A stretch of 64,000 bases of DNA from Clostridia bacterium (GCA_045638525.1 JAZUBQ010000012.1:162094-226093), one strand, 5' to 3'; numbered from the stretch's first letter, positions 21,306-31,744 are shown. The notes: a model not told the origin generated them from the letters alone. A program made the numbers and translations.

Positions 21306-23477
21306 TTGAATCATAGAGAACAGCCCATTACCGAGACCTTACGAACCAACTATATGCCCTATGCCATGAGTGTTATTATCTCCCGTGCCATTCCGGAAAT
21401 AGACGGTTTTAAGCCCTCTCACCGAAAGCTGTTATACACCATGTATAAAATGGGACTTTTAAATTCCCAGAAAATCAAATCTGCTAACGTTGTGGGTAGA
21501 ACCATGCAGTTGAACCCTCACGGTGACGGTGCCATTTATGAAACGATGGTTCGTTTAACCCGTGGGAATGAAGCACTCTTACACCCGCTGGTAGATTCTA
21601 AAGGAAACTTTGGGAAAGTATATTCCCGTGATATGGCATACGCCGCATCCCGTTATACCGAAGTAAAATTAGATCCCATCTGTGGAGAACTGTTTCGGGA
21701 TATTGATTCCGACACCGTAGATTTTGTGGACAACTACGACGGTACCATGAAGGAACCCGTACTGCTCCCTGTCACCTTCCCCACCATTCTGACCGGTGCA
21801 AACCAAGGGATTGCCGTTGGGATGGCATCCAATATTTGTTCTTTCAACTTACGGGAAGTTTGTGACGCCACCGTTGCCTATTTAAAAGACGAAGATGCCG
21901 ATATCTATGATATCATCACTGCACCCGATTTCCCTACCGGTGGAACCATCATCTGCGACCCGGAAGCTATGAAGGAAATTCTGGCAACCGGTCGCGGTTC
22001 CTTTAAAATCCGTGGTTCTTATGAATATAACAAAAAAGAAAACGTTATCGAAATCAAAGAAATTCCCTACACCACCACCATTGAAGCAATCATTGATAAA
22101 ATTGTAGAAAATATCAAAAACGGAAAATTAAGCAAAGAAATTGCGGATGTCCGTGACGAAACCGACTTAAAAGGTTTAAAAATTGCCATCGATTTAAAAC
22201 GTGGTGCAGATCCGGATGCTCTGATGCTGAAGTTATACAAAATGACGCCACTGCAGGATAGTTTTGGTTGCAACTTCAATCTGATTGTGGGTAACGAACC
22301 GGATGTATACGGTGTTGGCGGAATTATCGCCGAGTGGTCAAAATTCCGCATTAACTGTGTCAGAAGAAGACTGCTTCACGATATCAAAAAGAAAACTGCA
22401 AAACTGCATCTGTTGGAAGGCTTAAAGAAAATCCTTCTGGATTTAGACAAAGCCATCGCTATCATCCGTGGCACCGAAGACGATGCTATGGTTGTTCCTA
22501 ACTTGATGACAGGATTTGACATTGATGAAATTCAAGCAGAATTCATTGCAGAAATCAAGTTAAGAAACTTAAATAAAAAATACATCTTAAACCGTATTGC
22601 TGATGTGGATGATTTAAAAAATGAAATCAAAAACTTAAAAGATACCGTAGAACACGAAGAAAAAATCAAACTGATTATCATTGAAGAATTAGAAAAAATC
22701 AAAGATAAGTACGGTATGGACAGAAAAACCGCCTTCGTTCCCGAAGGTGAAGTTGACCACTATGAAGCCAATGCCGCAATCGAAGATTATAATCTGAAGC
22801 TCTTTGTCACCAAACAGCACTACATCAAAAAAATCCGCCTGACCTCTTTGAAAACAGGTGGAGAGCATAAATTAAAAGACGGCGACAAAGTAAGCTTGGA
22901 AATTGATGAAACCAACTTAGGAGAAATTCTGGTATTCACCAATCAGTTTAATGCATACAAACTGAAAATCCACGAAATCCCCGATACAAAATTGTCCAAC
23001 TTCGGTGACTATCTCCCCTCACTTTTAGAAATGGAACCGGATGAAGTTCCTGTTCAGTTGTTTACCACAGGTGATTACAATGGTTTCTTCCTCTTTGTGT
23101 TTGAAAACGGAAAAACAGCAAAAGTTCCCGTATCGGCATATCAGACAAAAACCAACAGAAAACGTCTGATTAAAGCTTATTCGGATGCTTCTCCCGTGGT
23201 TCGCATATTTAAATTGCAGGAAGATACTGACCTGGCACTCTTCTCCAATATGGATAAGGCTTTGGTGATTAACACTTCTTTAATCAACTTAAAAACCACC
23301 CGTGATACCATCGGAGTACAAACTATGCGACTTAAAAATGCAAAAATCAAAAAAGCAGCACTACTTTCCGAAACCCGTATCAAAGAACCCGAGTATTACT
23401 TAGGAAAAACCATTCCTTTAAGCGGTTGCTCCATGCGAATGGAAGACAAAGGCTTTAAACAGTTAAAGCTGTTCTAA
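21306..23477 (+). CDS. Type IIA DNA topoisomerase subunit A (GyrA/ParC family, divergent paralogue)
   Basis: 723 aa starting at TTG, 9 nt after a GGAG RBS. Motifs are YAMSVIISRAIPEIDGFKPSHRKLLY and the active-site region AASRYTEVKL. Confidence 0.85.
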   Translation: MNHREQPITETLRTNYMPYAMSVIISRAIPEIDGFKPSHRKLLYTMYKMGLLNSQKIKSANVVGRTMQLNPHGDGAIYETMVRLTRGNEALLHPLVDSKGNFGKVYSRDMAYAASRYTEVKLDPICGELFRDIDSDTVDFVDNYDGTMKEPVLLPVTFPTILTGANQGIAVGMASNICSFNLREVCDATVAYLKDEDADIYDIITAPDFPTGGTIICDPEAMKEILATGRGSFKIRGSYEYNKKENVIEIKEIPYTTTIEAIIDKIVENIKNGKLSKEIADVRDETDLKGLKIAIDLKRGADPDALMLKLYKMTPLQDSFGCNFNLIVGNEPDVYGVGGIIAEWSKFRINCVRRRLLHDIKKKTAKLHLLEGLKKILLDLDKAIAIIRGTEDDAMVVPNLMTGFDIDEIQAEFIAEIKLRNLNKKYILNRIADVDDLKNEIKNLKDTVEHEEKIKLIIIEELEKIKDKYGMDRKTAFVPEGEVDHYEANAAIEDYNLKLFVTKQHYIKKIRLTSLKTGGEHKLKDGDKVSLEIDETNLGEILVFTNQFNAYKLKIHEIPDTKLSNFGDYLPSLLEMEPDEVPVQLFTTGDYNGFFLFVFENGKTAKVPVSAYQTKTNRKRLIKAYSDASPVVRIFKLQEDTDLALFSNMDKALVINTSLINLKTTRDTIGVQTMRLKNAKIKKAALLSETRIKEPEYYLGKTIPLSGCSMRMEDKGFKQLKLF

Positions 23478-23491
23478 GGTTATAAAACAAA

Positions 23492-23541
23492 AAGAAGCTT
23501 ATTACCAATGACGTGATTGCGATTGGTGATGAGCTTCTTTT
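23492..23541 (+). terminator. Rho-independent terminator after the topoisomerase A gene
   Basis: AAGAAGCTTATTACCAAT (23492-23509) pairs with ATTGGTGATGAGCTTCTT (23522-23539) as an 18-bp stem with two G-U pairs. TTTT follows. Confidence 0.7.
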
Positions 23542-23581
23542 GATATTTGAAATTTGTATCATTGCTGGGACTTAAAGTTGC

Positions 23582-23610
23582 TTGACAATTCCTATGAGTT
23601 ATGATAACAT
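23582..23610 (+). promoter_or_regulatory. Sigma-A-type promoter for the LTA-synthase-family gene
   Basis: TTGACA (23582-23587), a 17-nt spacer ending in TGa, then TAACAT (23605-23610). Confidence 0.45.
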
Positions 23611-23695
23611 ATATCAAAAAATCCGACATTTTTTTGAAAAAAGATAAGGGGGATATTAGTACGTTGTGACCGCAATGCACTAACCAGAAAATCAT

Positions 23696-25480
23696 ATGAA
23701 AAAGCTATCCGTTCTCTTTCCGATTATATTGCTCCCTTTACTGATAACTTTGGTAGTTCTCCTTACGGACACCTATCAGATATCAACCTATATGCTAACA
23801 GTAAGCACTGTAATCATCACTGCTCTGTTTTGGGTGATTTACGGCTTTACAAATCAGATATGGATTTCTTGGATTGGGGTAAGTATTCCGTCATTGTTAT
23901 TGGTAATCATAAATTATTACAAGCTGAAAATCAATGGTGCTCCTTTTTTACCAAGCGATTTCACTTTTTTTGCAACGGCTGATAAAATCCTTCAGTTCGC
24001 CTTGCCTCAAATTGAGATTACCAACTATATTTTTTATATTGTGCTTTATCTGTTGGCTACTGTAATTTTGATTATTGCAGAAAAATATCTGGTAAAAAAT
24101 AAAAAAATACAAATCAGTGCATTGGCATTAGGGTTAACCACCACTTTACTTCTGTTTTCGCCACCCACGCACAATTTCATCGGCAAATTAGGCTATCACG
24201 GCACTGCTTCTTCAGAAGATTTAATTTTGGAACATGGTATTGTGGCGGGGTTGTATTCTGCTGTTACCAGCATCCCAAACACCGGCGACTCTGCCCTTAG
24301 CAAAGAGAAAATATATGAAATTGTTAACGCAAGTAAAAAAGACGAACAAATCACGATAAAACCAACTGTAATTTTTGTAATGTCTGAAAGTTTTTTTGAT
24401 ACCAACAGATTACAAAACGTCAGTTTTTCAGAAGACCCGATCAAAAACTTCCATACACTACAAAAACAATATTCCTCCGGGGATTTTATCTCCAGCACCT
24501 ATTCCGGAGGTACCGGCAATGTTGAATTTGAGTTCCTGACAGGAATGTGCAGATATTTTTTAAATCCGGATGATTCGTTTGACAATATGTCCGATGAAAC
24601 ATATCGCCGTATCCCCTCCATCAGCGATGTATTTAAAACTTACGGCTATAGTACAAAATTTGTCCACTCCCATGATAACTCCTTCTTTAACCGGGTAAAT
24701 ATTTATAAAAATTTCAACTTTGATGAAGTAGTCTTTGCTGAAAATTTCAAAACAGAAAAAGAATACAGCGGTGGATATATTTCAGACAAATCTTTCACCA
24801 ATGAAATCATCTCCATGTACGAATCAACAACACAAAAACCGCTGATGCTGTATGCAATTTCAATGGAAAATCATCAACCATACGTTGAAAACAAGTATGA
24901 CACAACAAGCGGAATCCAGATTACATCAGAACTGTTAAACGATTCTGATAAAAACACGTTGGATACCTATCTTCACGGGTTAACAAATGCTGATAAAGCC
25001 TTAGGTCAGCTGATAGACTATTTTTCCAATGTAACAGAGCCGGTAATGATTGTTTTTTGGGGAGATCATCTGCCAAATTTGAATCTGCCGGAAAACACGA
25101 ATATTTATCAAAAATTAAACAATATTTCCAACGCAAACAACTATGAATGGAGAGGCAAAGACCTGTTAAAAATGCTGACTACCGACTATGTCATCTGGGA
25201 TAATTTCAATTTAGAAAAAAAAGACCAAACCATCGGCTCAGCTATGCTTGGTATTGAAATCATGCATCGTTTGGGATTTGAAATGCCTCCTTATTTTAAC
25301 TGGTTGTCCGAATCGGTAAAAGATAACTATCTGGTATATCGATCCAGAGTGTTTGCTTCAAAAGATGAAGTGAGTGACGCCGTTCCAACACAATATCAGA
25401 ATATGATAAATGATTATTCTATGATTGTCCGGGATATTGTATATGGCGAAAGCACTATCTTTGGTGTTCCCAATCGCTAA
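23696..25480 (+). CDS. LTA-synthase/sulfatase-family membrane protein (phosphoglycerol-transferase-like)
   Basis: 594 aa with about 5 N-terminal TM helices. The extracellular domain (VIFVMSESFF, GGTGNVEFEFLTG, WGDHLP) is typical of alkaline-phosphatase-superfamily LtaS-like enzymes. Confidence 0.7.
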   Translation: MKKLSVLFPIILLPLLITLVVLLTDTYQISTYMLTVSTVIITALFWVIYGFTNQIWISWIGVSIPSLLLVIINYYKLKINGAPFLPSDFTFFATADKILQFALPQIEITNYIFYIVLYLLATVILIIAEKYLVKNKKIQISALALGLTTTLLLFSPPTHNFIGKLGYHGTASSEDLILEHGIVAGLYSAVTSIPNTGDSALSKEKIYEIVNASKKDEQITIKPTVIFVMSESFFDTNRLQNVSFSEDPIKNFHTLQKQYSSGDFISSTYSGGTGNVEFEFLTGMCRYFLNPDDSFDNMSDETYRRIPSISDVFKTYGYSTKFVHSHDNSFFNRVNIYKNFNFDEVVFAENFKTEKEYSGGYISDKSFTNEIISMYESTTQKPLMLYAISMENHQPYVENKYDTTSGIQITSELLNDSDKNTLDTYLHGLTNADKALGQLIDYFSNVTEPVMIVFWGDHLPNLNLPENTNIYQKLNNISNANNYEWRGKDLLKMLTTDYVIWDNFNLEKKDQTIGSAMLGIEIMHRLGFEMPPYFNWLSESVKDNYLVYRSRVFASKDEVSDAVPTQYQNMINDYSMIVRDIVYGESTIFGVPNR

Positions 25481-25493
25481 ATCCAAAATACAT

Positions 25494-25535
25494 AAAAATC
25501 ACATGAGGATTTATAAAGTCCTCATGTGATTTTTT
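25494..25535. terminator. Bidirectional rho-independent terminator between convergent genes
   Basis: AAAAATCACATGAGGA (25494-25509) pairs perfectly over 16 bp with TCCTCATGTGATTTTT (25519-25534). A/T runs flank both sides. Confidence 0.8.
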
Positions 25536-25536
25536 A

Positions 25537-27006
25537 TTACAGTATAATACAGATTAGTCCCCCGCTGCCTTCGTTGATGATTTTCGTAAGAGTTTCACGG
25601 AGTTTTCCACGGGCGTCTTCGGGCATACGGGATAATTTTGTTTGTAACCCTTCATTAATCAGTTCGTGTAAAGACTTGCCGAAAATATTGGATTCCCAAA
25701 TTTTCTTCGGGTCCTCTTCGTAGTCAGATAACAAATATTTCACCAAGTCCTCCGACTGTTTTTCAGTTCCCACAATCGGACTGACCTCGGTCTGAATATC
25801 CGCCCGAATCATATGGATAGATGGTGCAGATGCTTTTAATGATACGCCATATTTATTTCCCTGTCGAATGATTTCCGGTTCTTCTAAAGTCAGCTCCTCA
25901 ATTTCAGGCGATACGATGCCATAGCCTTTTTCTTTGACTTCATTCAAAGCAAACTCTAATCTGTCGTACTTAGATTTTGCTTGAGAGAGCTCCCGTAACA
26001 CTGACATCAGAGCATCATCGGAATCAATCTGAATTCCGGTAGTTTCAGAAATTGCTTCATAAAAGAGATGTTCTCCGATATCAAACGCTACATTCACTGT
26101 TCCTGCTCCCGGTAAAATAGATGCAACTGAAATTTTTTCAATAAAATTTTCGGGTTGTACCAACTTACAAGCATCCACCACATTACGAACTGATTTTGCA
26201 TCTTTCATCAGTTTTGATACAGTCTGAATGACGCTTTGTTTAATTTCATGGTCGCCATCTAACGAACGAATCCATTTGGGGAACATAAATCCAACTTCCG
26301 AAATTGGAAATTCATACAATACGGTTTTTAACAAAGCCAAAAGTTCTTCTTTGGTAATTTCCGCACAGTTGGCACAAACTACGGGAACGCCATATTCTTT
26401 TGCCAATTCATCACACAATCTACAAGAAGCTTCCTCTTTGGGATTTTTTGAATTTAAAACCACAACAAATGGTTTTTGAAGTTCTTTTAACTCCTTTACA
26501 GCCCGTCGCTCAGCATCTACATAATTATGACGTTCGATATCCGTAACTGTTCCGTCTGTGGTAATCAAAAGTCCGATGGTAGAATGTTCACAGATCACTT
26601 TTTTGGTTCCGATTTCCGCCGCTTCCACAAATGGAATTTCCTGCTCAAACCAAGGTGTTTTCACCATACGCTCGTTGCCATCTTCTTCGTACCCCAATGA
26701 ATCGGGAATCACATACCCCACACAGTCAATCATTTTCACCTTAGCACTACCATGATCTTCAAAATCCACTAAAGCCGCCTCATTGGGAATAAACTTCGGT
26801 TCGGTAGTCATAATGGTCTTCCCTTGCGCTGACTGAGGAAGCTCATCGGTCAGTCTCTCTTTTTCATAAGTATTTTTCATATTGGGCAACACCATCAAAT
26901 CCATAAAACGCTTGATAAATGTGGATTTCCCCGTTCTGACAGGTCCAACCACCCCGATATAAATATCACCGTTTGTGCGTTTCGCAATGTCTTTTAATAC
27001 GTTCAT
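25537..27006 (-). CDS. spoIVA: Stage IV sporulation protein A (spore-coat basement-layer ATPase)
   Basis: 489 aa starting MNVLKDIAKRTNGDIYIGVVGPVRTGKSTFIKRFM (Walker A). Collinear SpoIVA-like sequence runs to the C-terminal GGLICIIL. Confidence 0.9.
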   Translation of the reverse strand: MNVLKDIAKRTNGDIYIGVVGPVRTGKSTFIKRFMDLMVLPNMKNTYEKERLTDELPQSAQGKTIMTTEPKFIPNEAALVDFEDHGSAKVKMIDCVGYVIPDSLGYEEDGNERMVKTPWFEQEIPFVEAAEIGTKKVICEHSTIGLLITTDGTVTDIERHNYVDAERRAVKELKELQKPFVVVLNSKNPKEEASCRLCDELAKEYGVPVVCANCAEITKEELLALLKTVLYEFPISEVGFMFPKWIRSLDGDHEIKQSVIQTVSKLMKDAKSVRNVVDACKLVQPENFIEKISVASILPGAGTVNVAFDIGEHLFYEAISETTGIQIDSDDALMSVLRELSQAKSKYDRLEFALNEVKEKGYGIVSPEIEELTLEEPEIIRQGNKYGVSLKASAPSIHMIRADIQTEVSPIVGTEKQSEDLVKYLLSDYEEDPKKIWESNIFGKSLHELINEGLQTKLSRMPEDARGKLRETLTKIINEGSGGLICIIL

Positions 27007-27042
27007 AAAATATTCCTCCGTTTTTGATTTTTCATTGGTACT

Positions 27043-27071
27043 ATCTATATGAACGAAAGAAAAATTTATGT
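27043..27071 (-). promoter_or_regulatory. Possible sigma-E-type (mother-cell) promoter for spoIVA
   Basis: Minus strand reads ACATAAA (27071-27065), 13 nt, then CATATAGAT (27051-27043). This resembles the -35 ATA / -10 CATAcA-T pattern. It is a weak, by-eye call. Confidence 0.25.
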
Positions 27072-27103
27072 TTCCTGTTTTTTACATTTTTTGGAAGAAT
27101 TTG

Positions 27104-27132
27104 TTTACAAATCATTTTGTGTGTGATAAAAT
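27104..27132 (+). promoter_or_regulatory. Sigma-A-type extended -10 promoter for the 1499-aa surface protein gene
   Basis: TTTACA (27104-27109), a 17-nt spacer ending in TGa, then TAAAAT (27127-27132). Confidence 0.45.
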
Positions 27133-27168
27133 GAATTTGTAAATTTATTTTTTTAGGAGGAATGAAAA

Positions 27169-30100
27169 ATGACAAATCGAATTTTAAGCATGGTCTTGGT
27201 ATTCGTTTTAGTTTGTTGCAACGGAATCATTGCACTTACCGCAAATGCCGCTACCATAGCAACTGTATTCACATTCACCGCTTCTGAAGTGGATGAAAAC
27301 GGAAGGTTTTCCCTCACCTTCAACTCTCCCGTAGAACTTTTTGGTGTAACATTGGCAATTGAATATGACAATTCCAAAGTAGTGCCAATCAATGCCGAGG
27401 GCAGTTCGATCATCATAAATTCTTCCGGAACAAATTTCACGATTGATAAACTACCGAATGATTGGGTACAGTCAGCTCAAAGTGCTAAAGCTTATTCCGA
27501 TTATATTATCATCAAAACAAGTGGAAGTTCCACAGAACCAGAGAATTACGCATATGGTGACTTATATCGAATTCACTTCCAAACACTTCCCGGAACATCC
27601 ATCCAAACAAATCCCTTCCAATTAAAAAATAGTGCTCTGTATCACGGTGGAATACACGCTGTTTATTCAAGTTACCTCACCTATGGAATCCGCGAAGGTA
27701 CCGCTGCTGTACGGTGGGATATCGATGCTTTAACAGTGGGTAACACAACTGTACCGGAAGTTATTTCTGCGGAAGCATCTCCTAATACTTTGCTTGTGGG
27801 TAACACTACAACATTTACTGTAAAAACAAATACAAAAGCAACGAAACTTATTATGTACACAGAAACGGGTGCAATTGCAGACGAATGGAGCGACAGTTCC
27901 TATTATACCGATAATGGTAATGAACGCATCTGGACTATCGAGCGTGAAATTTATTCTGCAGGAAAAAGATTTTTAACATTTAAAGCGTCTGACGGCGAGA
28001 ATGTTAACGATCTTTCAACCGCAACAGTAACCCTACAAGTAACATCTGAGGGTAAAACAATGCAAACAACGCTTACCTCTCAGAAAAATGTTACCATAAC
28101 AATTGGCGAATCCTATTACGCTACATGGAAAACAGATATCACCACCCAAAGTTATAACTTATTGATTTATTATAACGGTAATTTGATTCGTACCATTAAA
28201 AATTACCGTTATCAATCCTATACCCTCACCCCTGCTATGCTGTCCAATCAGGGCGAATATGCAATAGAAGTTATCCCCTATTATCCCGGTTATGATGCAA
28301 TCGGAGATACCGCAACTATAACAGTTTCACCATCAGAAATCTCGACTACTGTTATAAAAAACATTGATTCAACTTCGGAAGTTGTTTGTAACGTTGATAA
28401 TTTTGAATGTACAGTAACAACAAATGCAAATACTAATAAAGTTGTATTGGAATATGAACTTGGAAATCGTAGTGAACTGACTCTTGCATCTTCCACCACA
28501 ACAGAAAAAACGTGGAAACTTTCAAAAAAATTAAACTATATCGGCAAAAGAAAGCTGACCGTCAGAGCCTTGGATTCAAACGGTATTGAAACAGCTCCGT
28601 CATTCGTTAATGTTGATGTAATACCCGAAAATATTAACTGGAACTTATCATATGACGAGGCAAGTGGCGAATTAACCGTTAACACTTCTGACGTAATTTC
28701 TTCAAAATTAGCCGGCGCATACGCAAAACTTGTTGTATATAAAAGCGGAAGCAATAAAAATCTGCTTGAAAATTCCGGCGAATTAGCATTAATCAATAAA
28801 GGGAATGCAAAAGGAAGAACTTGGAATGTTTTCACAGACTTAAATTTGACATCCGGCGAAACCTATACCTTTGCTATAAGTTATTTAAGTACCTATGCAC
28901 AAAAATATAATTGCGCTGCAATTATAAAAACAATCGGCACAAAAACGATTTCAGATACAGAGGAAGAATTACCTGAAATTTATAGTATTGATATGGAAAT
29001 TGATGATACCAGCGAAGTTAGTTTGATGTCTTCAACAGAAGTTGATTCAGGAGAAGTCAGCTTAACAATTGGTGATTCTGCAAAATTTATCATTGCAACA
29101 AATCAATCAGTCAATGAAGTTTTTATGATTGATGCCAATAATTCAGATAACAAAAATGCTCTTATTAAGTTGAATGCCACCTCCAAGACTTTAGGAATAA
29201 TAAAAGTATGGGTAGTGAATCATAAATTTACAAGTTTACACGATAAGAGACCAATTAAGTTTGTAGCCCAAGATACAGCTGGAAATTATTCCGGTGTTTT
29301 AGCGTATAAAAATAAACTCTCTGTAGGTTTTCCCGGTGGTGCGTGGGATGGAGTGTTTTTAAATTGGGATGACGGTGATTATTTAAGAATTACACAAGAT
29401 GAATCAATAAAAGAGTATAATTCTAATAATAAATATTATTTATGGATAAGAAAAGCTGGCACTACAGATGATTATGTTTGTTATCACAATAGAGAAGAAA
29501 TCAGAGTGCCATTAGTAAGACAAAATGAAAACGGATGCATCAGTCACACATTTGATATTGAAAACGATTTGCCAATGCTTGAGGCAAATACTGTCTATGA
29601 ATATGGTATTAGTGGAAAATCTACATACTGCGATGGCATGGATGTCGCAACAGTAGATTACACAATTAATAATGGTGATACTCCAAAAACATTTACGACA
29701 TCTGAACTAAATCATAATAAAAAAATCATTATAAAATACATAAAAAATCCCAAGGAAGGATTATTTGTATATAGAAGCCCTTATCAAAGTGTAGTTAATC
29801 GTGCAAAAGATAGAGACGGTAATGACATATGGCTGAAAGATGTATCGAGTGTTGAGTGTGACTACGAGAGTTCATATGCAGAATTCTATGATAAAACTGA
29901 ATTTGAAAAAAATGTATGGGTGAGAATTAAATGTGAAAACTATGTAAATGGGGTTAAATACGATACTGCATATATAAAAAAAGAATTTTTAAGTGATAAT
30001 CCATATATGATTTGGCCTACAGATAACGACATTAGTCGTATATCTAGTAATTATGGTATGCGTATGCATCCTACCAAAAATGTTTATAAAAAGCATACCG

Positions 30101-31668
30101 GTATTGATATTATTGGTTCTAATGGTGTAGCGTGCAACGGAAGAAATATATACGCTGCTGCTTCCGGGAATGTAGTTACTTGCAATTATGATCCATCTTA
30201 TGGTAATGAGGTTATTATTGATCATGGAAATGGCTACTATACCCTATATGGACATATGAGCAAAATCATAGCAAAAAAAGGGTTTGTTAATACGGGTGAC
30301 ATAATAGGTAAAATAGGGTCTACAGGCGGATCTTCTACGGGACCTCACTTACATTTTGAGGTACGGAAGGATAAAAATAAATATGGAAATGATGTTGATC
30401 CATTACAGTATATTAGAACAGATGGGCAAAACAACTATTATACACCTGTGCCAATAAATTCAATAGAACTTATGTCGGTTGAAGCTCAACTGACGTATGA
30501 AATTGTGTTGTACAATAAATACGGTGAAATAATAACTACTATTTCTGCTGCTTCTGATAATACAAGTTTCATTAATATACCATATTCAACAGAATACATA
30601 TCTTTTATTGCTATACCGAACAATATTGATAGTTCTGCTGTTGTGAGTTACAATGGAACGATTATAGAAGGAACTGAAACTTTTGCAATTTCAAAAGAAG
30701 TATCCAACGTAATTGACGTTGTGTATGTAGATGGTGAAACTAATGAGCAAACGGCCTATGCAGTTGAGTTAACAAGAGAAGATGCAAAAACAGAAAACTT
30801 CTTAACTTTTGTTGCAATTGCAGATAATGAGCGTGAAAGCGGTGGAGATGTTCCTTGTTATAATGTTGATATATCCGATAATATGACAATTACTCTGCCC
30901 AAGAGCATTTCAGAAATTGGACTCACTTTAGAAACAGATAATCCGTATGCTTCAACTCGTGTATTTAAAAACGGTCATTACTGGATTGACAAAGACGTAA
31001 TATTGCTTGATGACACAACAAATGAATTAACAATCATCGTTGAAAATGAATTAGGTGATGAAAAAGAATATACACTAACTATCAACAAAAAAAGCGAATA
31101 TGAAAGCGATACAACGCTGGAAACACTTAACATTTTTGCTTATGACGGTGCTGATGAATACATAGATGTATATACATTTGATTCAACCGTAAACGAAATT
31201 AAAGGTTTGTCTGAAAATGCTGAAACAATTATTATAAATGCATCAGCAACATCAGATTTTGCAGCTGTTACATATTACATTAACGGAGAAGAAACAATTT
31301 TTGATAAACCAATTTCATTGTCAAGCGGTTTTGTTTTAACTGTCAGAGTTACAGCAGAGAATGGAACATATAAAGACTATACCTATGTAATTCCCCCTGC
31401 CCCGCTTACAAAAACAACATTTGAAAACACTGCAACTCATCACAAATTCCATGTTACCTTTGAAGAAGCAACGAAAGATGCAACAATCTATGCCGCAATT
31501 TATGATGAAAATGACAAATTGCTTGGGGTACAGTCAAAACTTTGTGATGGTGATGACGACTACAACATGGAGGTTCCGTTAAATGCCGACACAAAAAAAG
31601 CGAAAATATTTGTATGGAAAAACAACATTGAACCTCTTGGCGGAACTGAAGTTCTTAATATGAAATAA
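27169..31668 (+). CDS. Giant secreted multidomain protein with an internal M23 (LytM-type) metallopeptidase domain
   Basis: 1499 aa with the signal peptide MTNRILSMVLVFVLVCCNGIIALTANA. The N-terminal domain is cohesin-like (GVTLAIEYDNSKVVPI). Many Ig-like segments follow. The M23 motifs HTGIDI and GPHLHFEV lie at about nt 30040-30400, and three C-terminal modules look like cadherin-like beta-sandwiches. Confidence 0.8.
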   Translation: MTNRILSMVLVFVLVCCNGIIALTANAATIATVFTFTASEVDENGRFSLTFNSPVELFGVTLAIEYDNSKVVPINAEGSSIIINSSGTNFTIDKLPNDWVQSAQSAKAYSDYIIIKTSGSSTEPENYAYGDLYRIHFQTLPGTSIQTNPFQLKNSALYHGGIHAVYSSYLTYGIREGTAAVRWDIDALTVGNTTVPEVISAEASPNTLLVGNTTTFTVKTNTKATKLIMYTETGAIADEWSDSSYYTDNGNERIWTIEREIYSAGKRFLTFKASDGENVNDLSTATVTLQVTSEGKTMQTTLTSQKNVTITIGESYYATWKTDITTQSYNLLIYYNGNLIRTIKNYRYQSYTLTPAMLSNQGEYAIEVIPYYPGYDAIGDTATITVSPSEISTTVIKNIDSTSEVVCNVDNFECTVTTNANTNKVVLEYELGNRSELTLASSTTTEKTWKLSKKLNYIGKRKLTVRALDSNGIETAPSFVNVDVIPENINWNLSYDEASGELTVNTSDVISSKLAGAYAKLVVYKSGSNKNLLENSGELALINKGNAKGRTWNVFTDLNLTSGETYTFAISYLSTYAQKYNCAAIIKTIGTKTISDTEEELPEIYSIDMEIDDTSEVSLMSSTEVDSGEVSLTIGDSAKFIIATNQSVNEVFMIDANNSDNKNALIKLNATSKTLGIIKVWVVNHKFTSLHDKRPIKFVAQDTAGNYSGVLAYKNKLSVGFPGGAWDGVFLNWDDGDYLRITQDESIKEYNSNNKYYLWIRKAGTTDDYVCYHNREEIRVPLVRQNENGCISHTFDIENDLPMLEANTVYEYGISGKSTYCDGMDVATVDYTINNGDTPKTFTTSELNHNKKIIIKYIKNPKEGLFVYRSPYQSVVNRAKDRDGNDIWLKDVSSVECDYESSYAEFYDKTEFEKNVWVRIKCENYVNGVKYDTAYIKKEFLSDNPYMIWPTDNDISRISSNYGMRMHPTKNVYKKHTGIDIIGSNGVACNGRNIYAAASGNVVTCNYDPSYGNEVIIDHGNGYYTLYGHMSKIIAKKGFVNTGDIIGKIGSTGGSSTGPHLHFEVRKDKNKYGNDVDPLQYIRTDGQNNYYTPVPINSIELMSVEAQLTYEIVLYNKYGEIITTISAASDNTSFINIPYSTEYISFIAIPNNIDSSAVVSYNGTIIEGTETFAISKEVSNVIDVVYVDGETNEQTAYAVELTREDAKTENFLTFVAIADNERESGGDVPCYNVDISDNMTITLPKSISEIGLTLETDNPYASTRVFKNGHYWIDKDVILLDDTTNELTIIVENELGDEKEYTLTINKKSEYESDTTLETLNIFAYDGADEYIDVYTFDSTVNEIKGLSENAETIIINASATSDFAAVTYYINGEETIFDKPISLSSGFVLTVRVTAENGTYKDYTYVIPPAPLTKTTFENTATHHKFHVTFEEATKDATIYAAIYDENDKLLGVQSKLCDGDDDYNMEVPLNADTKKAKIFVWKNNIEPLGGTEVLNMK

Positions 31669-31744
31669 TACTATGACGGTAACATCGAACCGATAACAAT
31701 AAAATGTTGAACCAAAAAACAATCTATGATGAAAGGTGAGCAAA

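Noticed and set aside
23648-23683. GGGGGA Shine-Dalgarno-like sequence followed by a 5-codon mini-ORF (GTG ACC GCA ATG CAC TAA, 23666-23683) in the leader of the LTA-synthase-family gene, whose own ATG at 23696 has no obvious RBS
   Set aside because: The 12-nt spacing to the GTG is long and the peptide is too short to evaluate. I cannot support a leader-peptide mechanism from sequence alone.
23480-23695. 71-aa minus-strand ORF in the spacer between the topoisomerase A gene and the LTA-synthase-family gene
   Set aside because: It covers a terminator hairpin and a good plus-strand promoter. It has no RBS and no motif, so it is likely spurious.
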